This document shows, piece after piece, positions 37,323-45,297 of a stretch of 46,279 nucleotides of DNA. This stretch comes from a virus. Lineage: Duplodnaviria > Caudoviricetes. Location of the stretch: IMG/VR virus record IMGVR_UViG_3300046779_000472, positions 1 to 46,279 of that record. One strand, given 5' to 3'. The position numbers were made by a program, and so were the translations under genes. The notes below the pieces were generated by a model. That model was not told where the DNA came from, did not search any database, and saw only the letters and a list, made by a program, of their open reading frames with translations. Every line of letters starts with the position of its first letter. Positions within the stretch are counted from its first letter, which is position 1.

Positions 37323-37583
37323 ATGAATAAACAGTTGAAGGCACTACTTGCCTCATACGCACGATCAGTTTTGGGTGCAGGAACTACCCTGTATCTAGCA
37401 GGAGTTACTGATCCACTAGACCTAGCTTGGTCGCTAATCGGTGCAATCGCACCAGTAGCAATTCGCTATATCAATCCAAACGATGCCGCTTTTGGTCGTA
37501 CACCAAAGGCTGAAGAGGTTGAGGTTGCTCTAGCAAAGGCTACACCAAAGAAGGCACCAGTAAAGAAGACAACAAGGAAGTAA
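37323..37583 (+). CDS. Putative holin
   Basis: Two TM segments, RYINPNDAAFGR, Lys-rich C-tail; start 37323 after AAGGA. Confidence 0.55.
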   Translation: MNKQLKALLASYARSVLGAGTTLYLAGVTDPLDLAWSLIGAIAPVAIRYINPNDAAFGRTPKAEEVEVALAKATPKKAPVKKTTRK

Positions 37584-37598
37584 TATAGTTATATTTAG

Positions 37599-37631
37599 AG
37601 GGGTAGGCCATTTATTTGGTCTGCCCCTTTA
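37599..37631 (+). terminator. Intrinsic terminator
   Basis: AGGGGTAGGCCA-N6-TGGTCTGCCCCT followed by a short T run. Confidence 0.65.
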
Positions 37632-37661
37632 TGCTATAATTTAAACAAAGATAGGAATATA

Positions 37662-38360
37662 ATGCCAAGCAGACTCCCAATGCCGTGCCTTGGGCCAGAA
37701 GAAGTTAAATTTTTTCCAGATAACGAAATTGAAAGTAGTCGTGTACTGGACCAAAAACAATTAGATGGTGCCAAGATTTATTCTTCTAGAGAAGAGTATG
37801 CAAAAACTTTACCGCAGGGTATGAAGTGGATGGAGATTGGTGTAGCCTGGGGGTACTACTCAGAAATTGTATGCGACCTAGCGAACCCTAGATCAACAGA
37901 GCTAGTAGATCTATACGACAACGTATTGCAGTGCTGGTCAGACTTAAAGTTTGGCGAATGCAAATGCGACGGAATGAAGCACGAGAGACTATACGATGCA
38001 GAAACCCACGAGCAGTACATCATTGACAAGTTTACCAAGTATGCAAATGTAAAAACTATCAAGGGCACAGCACCACAGATATTGCCTAACGAATCTGACT
38101 ATGATTATGTCTACATAGATACCGAGAATGAGAGATTTCACATAAGAGAAATGATGAAGAAAGTTTCTGGCATGATCAAGGTTGGCGGACTAATGGGCCT
38201 TAATGACTACACATACTTTGACGGTGTAATCCTAGACATCCCGTATGGAACATATACATCTGTTAATGAGTTCCTTTGGCTTAACAAAAATTGGTCTGTC
38301 GATGCCATGGCTATGCACCAGGTTGGGTTCAACGACATCTACCTGAGAAGAAATGCATAA
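37662..38360 (+). CDS. Class I SAM-dependent methyltransferase
   Basis: MEIGVAWGYYS, VDLY, YDYVYID, IKVGGLMGLNDY. Confidence 0.75.
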   Translation: MPSRLPMPCLGPEEVKFFPDNEIESSRVLDQKQLDGAKIYSSREEYAKTLPQGMKWMEIGVAWGYYSEIVCDLANPRSTELVDLYDNVLQCWSDLKFGECKCDGMKHERLYDAETHEQYIIDKFTKYANVKTIKGTAPQILPNESDYDYVYIDTENERFHIREMMKKVSGMIKVGGLMGLNDYTYFDGVILDIPYGTYTSVNEFLWLNKNWSVDAMAMHQVGFNDIYLRRNA

Positions 38361-39259
38361 TGCCAAATCGTCGTGCTAATTTAAATCTTAGTTCTCTTAG
38401 ATCTAGTACATGCCTAGATGATGTATTTTTTAATGAGTTTGATCTTAGCTGGTTTAAGGGGGCTACCGAAAAGGTGCTGACCAGAGTCCCGTCTGAGCCA
38501 GAAGATGTTGATGATGGATCAGTGAGCTATGTGTACAACAATGAGTTTTTTAGGTCAGATGACTTTTCTACGAACCACCAGGGCTCTCATATTCTATTTG
38601 CTGGCTGTTCTCAGACTGAGGGCATAGGTAGTCCTCTGGAAACTGTGTGGTCTAAGATGCTTCACAAAGAGTTGTCTAAAGATAATGATGTAGATGGATT
38701 CTATAGCATTGCAAGATCTGGCTTTGGTTGGCAAAAAATAATATCTAACTTTATGGTTTATTGTAGCAAATATGGAAAGCCAGACTATCTATTTGTAATG
38801 GTGCCAGATCTCTGCAGATTCTTTGAGTGGCACGAAGAGCGTTCTGCCTGGGTATATCTTCAAAGAATTACTGGTGACGATGCTTGGGCTAAGGACAAGG
38901 CTGGAGACCCCATATTTTATCAGCAAGCTACGGAAAAAGAATATAGAAAAGCAATAATTGATTTTAAAATATCTTGGGACTTATTTGAGAAATACTGTGA
39001 GTCAATTGGGACTAGCATTCTTTGGGGTACATGGGAATACGAAGACTCTGTGGTTTACAGGGATCTAGTTAAATCACCTAACTATATAGACTTCTCCTAT
39101 GATGGCTTTCTGTCTTATGCCTCTTCCAATAGGCAAAATGCCAAGATGCTGCCAAATGACCTATTTCGTAGAGACGGACATTCTGGTGTACTACACCATG
39201 AGTACTGGTTAGATGGATTTAAGAAAGAGATTGCTAAAAGGGAGTGGTTTAATGTTTAA
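38360..39259 (+). CDS. SGNH/GDSL-like hydrolase or acyltransferase
   Basis: YVYNNEFFRSDDF, LFAGCSQTEG, C-terminal DGHSG; start moved to 38360. Confidence 0.5.
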   Translation: MPNRRANLNLSSLRSSTCLDDVFFNEFDLSWFKGATEKVLTRVPSEPEDVDDGSVSYVYNNEFFRSDDFSTNHQGSHILFAGCSQTEGIGSPLETVWSKMLHKELSKDNDVDGFYSIARSGFGWQKIISNFMVYCSKYGKPDYLFVMVPDLCRFFEWHEERSAWVYLQRITGDDAWAKDKAGDPIFYQQATEKEYRKAIIDFKISWDLFEKYCESIGTSILWGTWEYEDSVVYRDLVKSPNYIDFSYDGFLSYASSNRQNAKMLPNDLFRRDGHSGVLHHEYWLDGFKKEIAKREWFNV

Positions 39260-39332
39260 GAGAGTTATAAAGTGGTATAGGCTTAGAAAAATAAAGAAAC
39301 AGATTAAGCAGCCCAGAAATTTTATATATTAA
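39252..39332 (+). CDS. Very small basic peptide (26 aa)
   Basis: MFKRVIKWYRLRKIKKQIKQPRNFIY; GGAG upstream; overlaps the previous stop. Confidence 0.45.
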   Translation: MFKRVIKWYRLRKIKKQIKQPRNFIY

Positions 39333-39367
39333 TTATGATAGAATTATAGTTAAGATAGGATAGTTAA

Positions 39368-40072
39368 GTGTACATAGATAAAATAAATGACCAACTAAAT
39401 GGTGTCACCACAAGCACCAAGGGAAACAAGTATAGCTTTGAGTCCCCAATTCCTGGCGTACATATTTATGATAACGTGTGGCCAGACTCAATGGATTTCT
39501 TTAATAAGATTGAGACTGATCAGTATTGGCAGCAGAACAACTCTAATGGGAATCACCCGTGGGTACGTGAAGACTACCTAGATGAAGATACAGGAAAGAA
39601 AAGCAAAACATGTTGGATTTGGAATGACAACACTGTAAGAGAAAATCTATCAGATGTTGTTGATTCATATCTATTTCACTGGAACTTAGATCCTCGCAGC
39701 CGAGAGTCTCTTAGAATAACTAAATTTACTGGACCAGGAGAATTTTTTGGCTCTCACTCAGATGATTCTTTTGCAACACCAAGAACAGCGTCAATGGTTT
39801 ATTATCCCAATGATGACTATGAGGGTGGAGAGTTAGAGTTTATTCACTTTGGTGTAACCATAAAGCCAAAGGCTGGTCAGCTATTCCTATTCCCGTCTGG
39901 CTATAGTTACGAGCATAAAGTACATCCAGTTAAATCTGGAACAAGAATAACCATGGTCTCATTTTTTAATGAAATAACTCCAGAAGAGAGAGAGCATCGC
40001 AATACTCTGATTGATCAGTCTACTTACTATCAGCCAAAGCTAAAAAATGTTTTTGACGAAAACTTTGGTTAG
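39368..40072 (+). CDS. 2OG-Fe(II) oxygenase
   Basis: HSD, YYPNDDYEGGEL, FPSGYSYEHKV...GTR. Confidence 0.8.
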   Translation: MYIDKINDQLNGVTTSTKGNKYSFESPIPGVHIYDNVWPDSMDFFNKIETDQYWQQNNSNGNHPWVREDYLDEDTGKKSKTCWIWNDNTVRENLSDVVDSYLFHWNLDPRSRESLRITKFTGPGEFFGSHSDDSFATPRTASMVYYPNDDYEGGELEFIHFGVTIKPKAGQLFLFPSGYSYEHKVHPVKSGTRITMVSFFNEITPEEREHRNTLIDQSTYYQPKLKNVFDENFG

Positions 40073-40647
40073 TTATCAGTAAAAGAAATTGATACTGCAT
40101 TTCTTACAGACTTAGATTCAACGCTGTGATCAATCCCCTTTGGGATAAATAGCATATCCCCAGGCTCTACAAAAAACTCGTCAGTGCTGTCTTCGTAAAA
40201 TGCTCTCCAGATTGTCGTACCATTACACTGAATATAGAACCCATCTACTGGATCCGAGTGTCTGGCAGGGACTAATAGATTGAAATCAAATTCCTGGGGT
40301 ACTGTAGCAGGGTTTGAATTGAAAAATAGTCTAGAGAACTCTTCTGCCTCTTCTGGAACGGTATTGTCAGTAGCATTAAGCATATGAAATATTGATAGTG
40401 CAGCTATCTTCTTGCCATCGTGTAGGCTGGACACTAAGCCTATCAGATTATCTAAAGATTTGCTATAGTTTTCTGAATTGTCTACCGCAGAACTAGCAAA
40501 AGATTGAAACCTCACTAGATTTAATGCAAGTGCCCTATTGTAGATCTCCGTAAAGTCATCCCAAGTTGGCAAAGAGTCAACCGCTGACTTAATGAATATG
40601 ATCTTTTTCTGATTAATGGCATCATAAATAGACTGTTTATTTAACAT
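40069..40647 (-). CDS. Cupin/JmjC-like oxygenase
   Basis: RHSD...FYIQCNG..W...PGDMLFIPKGIDHSVES; leaderless start at 40647. Confidence 0.7.
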   Translation of the reverse strand: MLNKQSIYDAINQKKIIFIKSAVDSLPTWDDFTEIYNRALALNLVRFQSFASSAVDNSENYSKSLDNLIGLVSSLHDGKKIAALSIFHMLNATDNTVPEEAEEFSRLFFNSNPATVPQEFDFNLLVPARHSDPVDGFYIQCNGTTIWRAFYEDSTDEFFVEPGDMLFIPKGIDHSVESKSVRNAVSISFTDN

Positions 40648-40688
40648 ACAGTTAGTATAGCATGGGCGTATGCTATAATATACGTATG
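40645..40688. promoter_or_regulatory. Back-to-back divergent extended -10 promoters, both leaderless
   Basis: AGTATAGCAT-GGGCGT-ATGCTATAAT; TGcTATACT on - and TGcTATAAT on +, each 6 nt from an ATG. Confidence 0.65.
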
Positions 40689-41597
40689 CCATACAGTGTT
40701 GGAGAAAAAGGAAGCTACGGATGTAGCGGATACCCTGCCGTCAAAGAGGGTGGAGAAGTTATGGGCTGCCATGAAACTAAAGAGCAGGCAGCCGCACAAA
40801 TATATGCAATCAATCAATCTGAGGGCAATATAGATAAACAGTCACCTTGTTGGGATGGATATGTTCAGCGTGGAATGAAGCCAAAGAATGGCAAGATGGT
40901 TCCTAACTGTGTACCAGTAAGCAAAGCAGATCGTCCAATTATGGAGGGTGACTATGTTATGGGTGGCACATCCGAAGGAATTGTTGTCGGACAAGTAGAG
41001 CATGTTATGCGTGAGGGTGGGACTTATGGAACACCAGGAACAGAATACGCAATAGTATCTACTCCAGAAAATCCTGCTATGGCAGTAAGAATGTTTGAAC
41101 AAGAAGAAGACGGAAAGTTTTGTCCGACACCATACTCTATCGGTATGCTTTATAACGATGCAATTCCCGTAGATATTGAGATCGCTGAGGAAGATGATGA
41201 AGAAAAAATGTCTAAGGCTGATGGCTATTCCCCTCCTGCTGGTGCCAGGGCTGCTGCTCGTCGTGCTATTAAGTTTAAGGAAGACGGAAAAGCAACAGGA
41301 GCTGGAACTGCAGTTGGCTGGACAAGAGCTAGACAATTGGCTAATGGAGAGACACTCTCGCTTAGTACGGTAAAGAGAATGTACTCTTACTTCTCACGTC
41401 ACGAAGTAGACAAGAAGGGCAAGGACTGGGGCAACTCAGCTAACCCATCTAATGGCTACATTATGTGGCTAGCGTGGGGTGGAGATGCAGGATACTCTTG
41501 GTCACGCAGAATTGCACAACGTGAGACCGACAAGGCGATGTTTGCTGATTTCGGTAAAGACTATACAAAGTCTAGATCTATTGACTTAAACATCTAA
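40686..41597 (+). CDS. Multi-domain phage protein (possibly head-associated)
   Basis: CWDGY..GMK...VPNCVP module and RARQLANGETLSLSTVKRMYSYFSRH module. Confidence 0.6.
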   Translation: MPYSVGEKGSYGCSGYPAVKEGGEVMGCHETKEQAAAQIYAINQSEGNIDKQSPCWDGYVQRGMKPKNGKMVPNCVPVSKADRPIMEGDYVMGGTSEGIVVGQVEHVMREGGTYGTPGTEYAIVSTPENPAMAVRMFEQEEDGKFCPTPYSIGMLYNDAIPVDIEIAEEDDEEKMSKADGYSPPAGARAAARRAIKFKEDGKATGAGTAVGWTRARQLANGETLSLSTVKRMYSYFSRHEVDKKGKDWGNSANPSNGYIMWLAWGGDAGYSWSRRIAQRETDKAMFADFGKDYTKSRSIDLNI

Positions 41598-41617
41598 ATC
41601 TGATACCCTATATACCT

Positions 41618-41689
41618 GGCCCCATCGTTTAATGGTTAGGACACCAGGTTTTCATCCTGGCAATCGGAGTTCGATTCTCCGTGGGGTCA
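41618..41689 (+). tRNA. tRNA-Glu(TTC)
   Basis: GGCCCCA/TGGGGTC acceptor, CCAGG-TT-TTC-AT-CCTGG. Confidence 0.9.
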
Positions 41690-41762
41690 CAAAATGTTTC
41701 TTATTTTAAACATTTTTGTATAAATGTAAAGAATATGATACAATAAATATATGGAGATAACT

Positions 41763-41852
41763 ATGAAGTCAAACCAGCAATCGCATCAGCGATATAGCTT
41801 GGCCTACTCGTGGCAACATCAAGCCAGCCTCCAGAGCATTCGCTCACTATAA
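41763..41852 (+). CDS. Small ORF (29 aa) inside tRNA cluster 2
   Basis: TGATACAAT -10, GGAG SD, MKSNQQSHQRYSLAYSWQHQASLQSIRSL. Confidence 0.35.
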   Translation: MKSNQQSHQRYSLAYSWQHQASLQSIRSL

Positions 41853-41880
41853 ACCAAACAATCTATAACTTAATATTCAT

Positions 41881-41954
41881 ATCGCCTAAGTGTTACGGTA
41901 GCACATTAGTCTCCAAAACTAAGGGCATAGGTTCAACTCCTATAGGCGGTGCCA
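41881..41954 (+). tRNA. tRNA-Trp(CCA)
   Basis: ATCGCCT/AGGCGGT acceptor, TTAGT-CT-CCA-AA-ACTAA, encoded CCA. Confidence 0.88.
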
Positions 41955-41955
41955 T

Positions 41956-42030
41956 ACCAATATAGCTCAACGGAAGAGCATTTGCCTACGAAGCAAAGGG
42001 TTAAAGGTTCGAATCCTTTTATTGGTACCA
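41956..42030 (+). tRNA. tRNA-Arg(ACG)
   Basis: ACCAATA/TATTGGT acceptor, TTTGC-CT-ACG-AA-GCAAA, encoded CCA. Confidence 0.88.
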
Positions 42031-42031
42031 A

Positions 42032-42108
42032 GGCATGGCCGCTGGGACGGATACGGGACTGTAAATCCTGTGCAATTTGCTAGAAGGGTTCGATTCCCTG
42101 ACATGCCA
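42032..42108 (+). tRNA. tRNA-Tyr(GTA), atypical
   Basis: CGGGA-CT-GTA-AA-TCCTG, long variable arm, TTCGATT T-loop; weak D-arm and mismatches at the acceptor/T junction. Confidence 0.65.
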
Positions 42109-42110
42109 CT

Positions 42111-42184
42111 GTGTACGTAGTTCAATGGTAGAACGCTTGGTTGTGGTCCAAGGAATGGGGGTTCAATTCCCCTCGTACACCCCA
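42111..42184 (+). tRNA. tRNA-His(GTG)
   Basis: GTGTACG/CGTACAC acceptor, C73, encoded CCA; position -1 is T. Confidence 0.88.
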
Positions 42185-42185
42185 T

Positions 42186-42257
42186 ACTCCTATGGTGTAA
42201 TTGGCAACACCCCAGATTTTGGATCTGGTATTTTTGGTTCGAGTCCAGATAGGAGTG
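42186..42257 (+). tRNA. tRNA-Gln(TTG)
   Basis: ACTCCTA/TAGGAGT acceptor, CCAGA-TT-TTG-GA-TCTGG. Confidence 0.88.
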
Positions 42258-42258
42258 C

Positions 42259-42287
42259 TTGACAACATACACAGCTCGTGCTATAAT
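42259..42287 (+). promoter_or_regulatory. Consensus sigma70/SigA promoter for hsp20
   Basis: TTGACA, 17 nt, TATAAT with extended TG. Confidence 0.85.
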
Positions 42288-42291
42288 ATAT

Positions 42292-42334
42292 ATGCCTGCC
42301 AACTGGGGGCAATTAACTCGCTAAATATTAGGAG
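42292..42334 (+). promoter_or_regulatory. ROSE-like RNA thermometer
   Basis: CTC-G(bulge)-CTAA/ATA/TTAG-GAG hairpin pairs UCGCU with the SD; an upstream hairpin TGCCTGCC/GGGGGCA is present. Confidence 0.6.
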
Positions 42335-42343
42335 ATGATATAT

Positions 42344-42742
42344 ATGGTTATTTTTAATGACCCATTCATTGGAAACCTTGCTCAGGAATTTGAGAAGGTA
42401 TTCTTTACAGGACAGCCATCAAAGGCAACTTACCCACCATACAACATCAACAAGATTTCGGATGAACATCTGGTTCTTGAATTTGCTGTTGCTGGATTTA
42501 ATCAGCATGGCATTGATATCTCAGTAGAGAAGGATGTGCTAACCGTTAAGGGTGAGCGTCATGAGGACGAGGGAGCAAACTATATCCACAAGGGTATTGC
42601 AGGTCGCAAGTTTACTCGCTCATTCAATCTACCAGAATATTTTGAGGTAGATCGTGCAAGTATGATTGATGGAATTTTGTATATTGATCTATACAAGCGT
42701 GTTCCAGAAGATAAAAAGCCTAAGAAGATTACTATTAGCTAA
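42344..42742 (+). CDS. Small heat-shock protein (Hsp20, IbpA-like)
   Basis: YPPYNI, LEFAVAGF, YIHKGIAGRKFTRSF, DGIL, PKKITI. Confidence 0.92.
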   Translation: MVIFNDPFIGNLAQEFEKVFFTGQPSKATYPPYNINKISDEHLVLEFAVAGFNQHGIDISVEKDVLTVKGERHEDEGANYIHKGIAGRKFTRSFNLPEYFEVDRASMIDGILYIDLYKRVPEDKKPKKITIS

Positions 42743-42789
42743 TCTATTAGTCATGGTGTCCTGGGTATGACTTTAAACTGCCCAAACAC

Positions 42790-42818
42790 TTGACAAATAA
42801 ACTCAGAAAGAGTAAACT
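42790..42818 (+). promoter_or_regulatory. Promoter driving a leaderless gene
   Basis: TTGACA, 17 nt, TAAACT, 6 nt, ATG; resembles the 24308 promoter. Confidence 0.65.
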
Positions 42819-42824
42819 ATATCT

Positions 42825-43016
42825 ATGAATAGAATTCCAGATTTGGATGAGATTAATCCATGGGAGGATGGCCTTAGAACTGGGGCTGCCTCAATAATTG
42901 ATGCTATTGTTAGCATGCTAGAGCGAGAGCTATACAAAAACAAGGGTGAAGACGTTGTGTATGAATACGCAATTAAAGCCGTAATCCAAAAAGTTAAGGA
43001 CATGAAAATTGATTAA
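42825..43016 (+). CDS. Hypothetical protein
   Basis: 63 aa, leaderless. Confidence 0.55.
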   Translation: MNRIPDLDEINPWEDGLRTGAASIIDAIVSMLERELYKNKGEDVVYEYAIKAVIQKVKDMKID

Positions 43017-43299
43017 GCCGCTAGAAGATAAGGTAGTCCTAGAACTACCAAAGGCAGAGGAAAAGACCACACAGTTTGGTCTAATTATTGCAGGATCTGC
43101 TGAGGAGAAGCCACAGGAGGCCATTGTAGTTGCTGTTGGTCCAGGTGCAAAGTTTGCTGATGGAACTACCATGGAGCTTGCTGTAGAGGTTGGAGATAAG
43201 GTTATCTTCTCTAAGTACCAGGGCACAGAGATTGAGCACGATGGTAAGCAGTACCTGATCATCGCATACCGTGACATCTTTGCTGTAATCAATGACTAA
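43009..43299 (+). CDS. groES: Co-chaperonin GroES
   Basis: IKPLEDKV, GLII..SAEEKPQEA.VVAVGPG, VGDKVIFSKYQGTE. Confidence 0.92.
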   Translation: MIKPLEDKVVLELPKAEEKTTQFGLIIAGSAEEKPQEAIVVAVGPGAKFADGTTMELAVEVGDKVIFSKYQGTEIEHDGKQYLIIAYRDIFAVIND

Positions 43300-43477
43300 G
43301 CATAGAGCAGACTATAGACTGCTGAAATATCCATTAAGAATTTATCTTTACTATTGGAGGAATCAGTGGTATTATTTTACTAAGCCGAAAATCAAAGCAA
43401 AGATAGGAGAGACAATCAATGCTATTACACGGACCAGCCTATACAGAAATTGGGCAGATACTTTTAACAAACACTGA
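43292..43477 (+). CDS. Hypothetical protein
   Basis: 61 aa; overlaps the groES stop, and overlaps the next ORF by 59 nt. Confidence 0.35.
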   Translation: MTKHRADYRLLKYPLRIYLYYWRNQWYYFTKPKIKAKIGETINAITRTSLYRNWADTFNKH

Positions 43478-43835
43478 GACTCTTGATCACGAAGCTGATT
43501 GGGCTACAACTGGTCTAGACGCAATTGCAGAAGTAATTGCAGAACATCGTGGGTACAAACAGGATAAGTATGGATATGGCCCACTACTAACATCGAATGA
43601 GGGCGATGATGAATTTGACAACGAAACTTTTACTATGCGTACTTATTGTTGGTGCGATGGTCGTCTTAAAGGTCATGAAGATTCATGCCCCCCGAATTTT
43701 TATCACAAACCTACTGGTATTACTATTACTTGGTATAAACATTCTGGTAGAGGCATTACAGCAAACGTAGAGTGGATGCCAGCGTTAGCCTGGCACCGTA
43801 TTGTAAACGAATGTATAGAAAGCGTAGTTAAATAA
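43419..43835 (+). CDS. Hypothetical protein
   Basis: SD AGGAG; YCWC...C.PNF..K...ITWYKH.GR. Confidence 0.6.
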   Translation: MLLHGPAYTEIGQILLTNTETLDHEADWATTGLDAIAEVIAEHRGYKQDKYGYGPLLTSNEGDDEFDNETFTMRTYCWCDGRLKGHEDSCPPNFYHKPTGITITWYKHSGRGITANVEWMPALAWHRIVNECIESVVK

Positions 43836-44009
43836 ATGCACACTGACGAACTGTTTGAAGTAGTCTTTGGACTAGAGCACATGATTGCTGAATTCTTTTG
43901 GAACATTGTATTCTTTGTGGGGGTACTGATTGTTTCTAAGGCTAAGGCATTGCGTAAGATCCACAAGTACATCGATGATAAGCACGATGTAAAGCATGAG
44001 GAATACTAA
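43836..44009 (+). CDS. Small membrane protein (57 aa, below the ORF-track cutoff)
   Basis: MHTDELFEVVFGLEHMIAEFFWNIVFFVGVLIV...; His-rich tail; coupled. Confidence 0.55.
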   Translation: MHTDELFEVVFGLEHMIAEFFWNIVFFVGVLIVSKAKALRKIHKYIDDKHDVKHEEY

Positions 44010-44152
44010 TGATTAGTATTGATAAAGTTATTGACATACTACAGAGAAATGGGCTGTTATGTAAGTCCGAACACGAAGTATGTAGTATGTCGGAGCGAGG
44101 CCACGGATGCAACTGTGGCAAGGTATATAAAGAGCTTAGGAGAGAGCAATGA
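44009..44152 (+). CDS. Small Cys-rich protein (47 aa, below the ORF-track cutoff)
   Basis: TAATG and ATGA coupling at both ends. Confidence 0.5.
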   Translation: MISIDKVIDILQRNGLLCKSEHEVCSMSERGHGCNCGKVYKELRREQ

Positions 44153-44442
44153 GTGAACAACCAATTGAAGGCCAGCTACGTGGCATAGGACTTCGTCTAG
44201 ACCCACAGGGGATACTAATCGCACCACACACACAAGATGGTCTCACGTGGGGCTATACAATTATTGATAGGGACAAGGTTCCTACAATGTATATCAATGG
44301 TGAATGGCGTGATGTTGTTCCAGTAGGAGTTTGGTCACAAATGCTAGCAAACTGGGATGACATTGCTAAGTTTGCTAATGATCTATTTAGTGATTATCCA
44401 ACATACCTAGATTACCCAGAAGTAAGGAAGCTCTGTAGCTAA
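44149..44442 (+). CDS. Hypothetical protein
   Basis: 97 aa; SD AGGAG. Confidence 0.6.
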   Translation: MSEQPIEGQLRGIGLRLDPQGILIAPHTQDGLTWGYTIIDRDKVPTMYINGEWRDVVPVGVWSQMLANWDDIAKFANDLFSDYPTYLDYPEVRKLCS

Positions 44443-45141
44443 ATGAATAATAAGATTAATGTATTGGACAAAGGATATGTCAGACTGGTTGACACTCTTG
44501 GAAGTGACCTTAGCATTGTTAACGCTGCTCGTGTTAGTTATGATAAGGAAAGTAACGAATTCTCTGAACGAGATTCAAGACTCATTGAATTCCTTATTAG
44601 GGAGAAGCACACCAGTCCATTTAGACATGCTGCCCTCACATTCGAGGTGTATGCCCCATTGTTCGTTGCACGACAGTGGTGGAAGTATGCAGTAGGTTCT
44701 ACCCATGTGGATGACCAAAACGGATGGAACGAGTCATCACGTCGCTACATCACCGAGGATGAGGAATTTTATGTTCCGAGTGCATCCTCTTGGCGTAGCA
44801 AGCCTGAGAACTCTAAGCAGGGAAGTGGTGAGCCAATTCATTTTAGTAATGGTGCTCATTATACTAATAAGCTTCGTGAATCGATTGTCGAAGGCGTAAA
44901 GCTTTACCACGAGGCCATGGAGGACAATGTTGCTCCAGAGTTGGCACGTCTATTCCTACCTGCCTATGGCATGTATGTTCGTTGGCGTTGGACCACCTCA
45001 CTGCAGGGTGCTATCACATTCCTAGAGCAACGACTTGGACACGATGCCCAGGTGGAGATCCAGGATTATGCCAAGGCAGTCCAGAGTCTTACAGAGACAG
45101 CGTTTCCCAAAACAGTAAATGCATTTATAGCTGGTCTATAG
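44443..45141 (+). CDS. thyX: Flavin-dependent thymidylate synthase
   Basis: IVNAARVSY, HTSPFRH, PLFVARQW, NESSRRY, ELARLFLP, HDAQVEIQ. Confidence 0.9.
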   Translation: MNNKINVLDKGYVRLVDTLGSDLSIVNAARVSYDKESNEFSERDSRLIEFLIREKHTSPFRHAALTFEVYAPLFVARQWWKYAVGSTHVDDQNGWNESSRRYITEDEEFYVPSASSWRSKPENSKQGSGEPIHFSNGAHYTNKLRESIVEGVKLYHEAMEDNVAPELARLFLPAYGMYVRWRWTTSLQGAITFLEQRLGHDAQVEIQDYAKAVQSLTETAFPKTVNAFIAGL

Positions 45142-45147
45142 ATGTAT

Positions 45148-45221
45148 GGGGTGTTAGCTCAGCTGGTTAGAGCAACGGACTCATAATCCGTCGGTCGTGG
45201 GTTCAAGTCCCACACACCCCA
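45148..45221 (+). tRNA. tRNA-Met/Ile2(CAT)
   Basis: GGGGTGT/ACACCCC acceptor, ACGGA-CT-CAT-AA-TCCGT; elongator type. Confidence 0.88.
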
Positions 45222-45222
45222 C

Positions 45223-45296
45223 TCTGCGATATCCTAATAGGTCAAGGAACCACTCTTATAAGGTGGAATATCTGGGTTCAAGTCCCAGTCGCAGTA
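45223..45296 (+). tRNA. tRNA-Ile(TAT)
   Basis: CTGCGA/TCGCAG acceptor (T1-T72 mismatch), TCCT/AGGA D-stem, CCACT-CT-TAT-AA-GGTGG, CTGGG-TTCAAGT-CCCAG. Confidence 0.8.
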
Positions 45297-45297
45297 C

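Noticed and set aside
41690-41718. AT-rich hairpin after tRNA-Glu as a novel element
   Set aside because: CAAAATGTTT/AAACATTTTTG is most simply a weak terminator or a low-complexity coincidence
41967-42302. ORFs across tRNA cluster 2
   Set aside because: Shadow frames over clear tRNA genes
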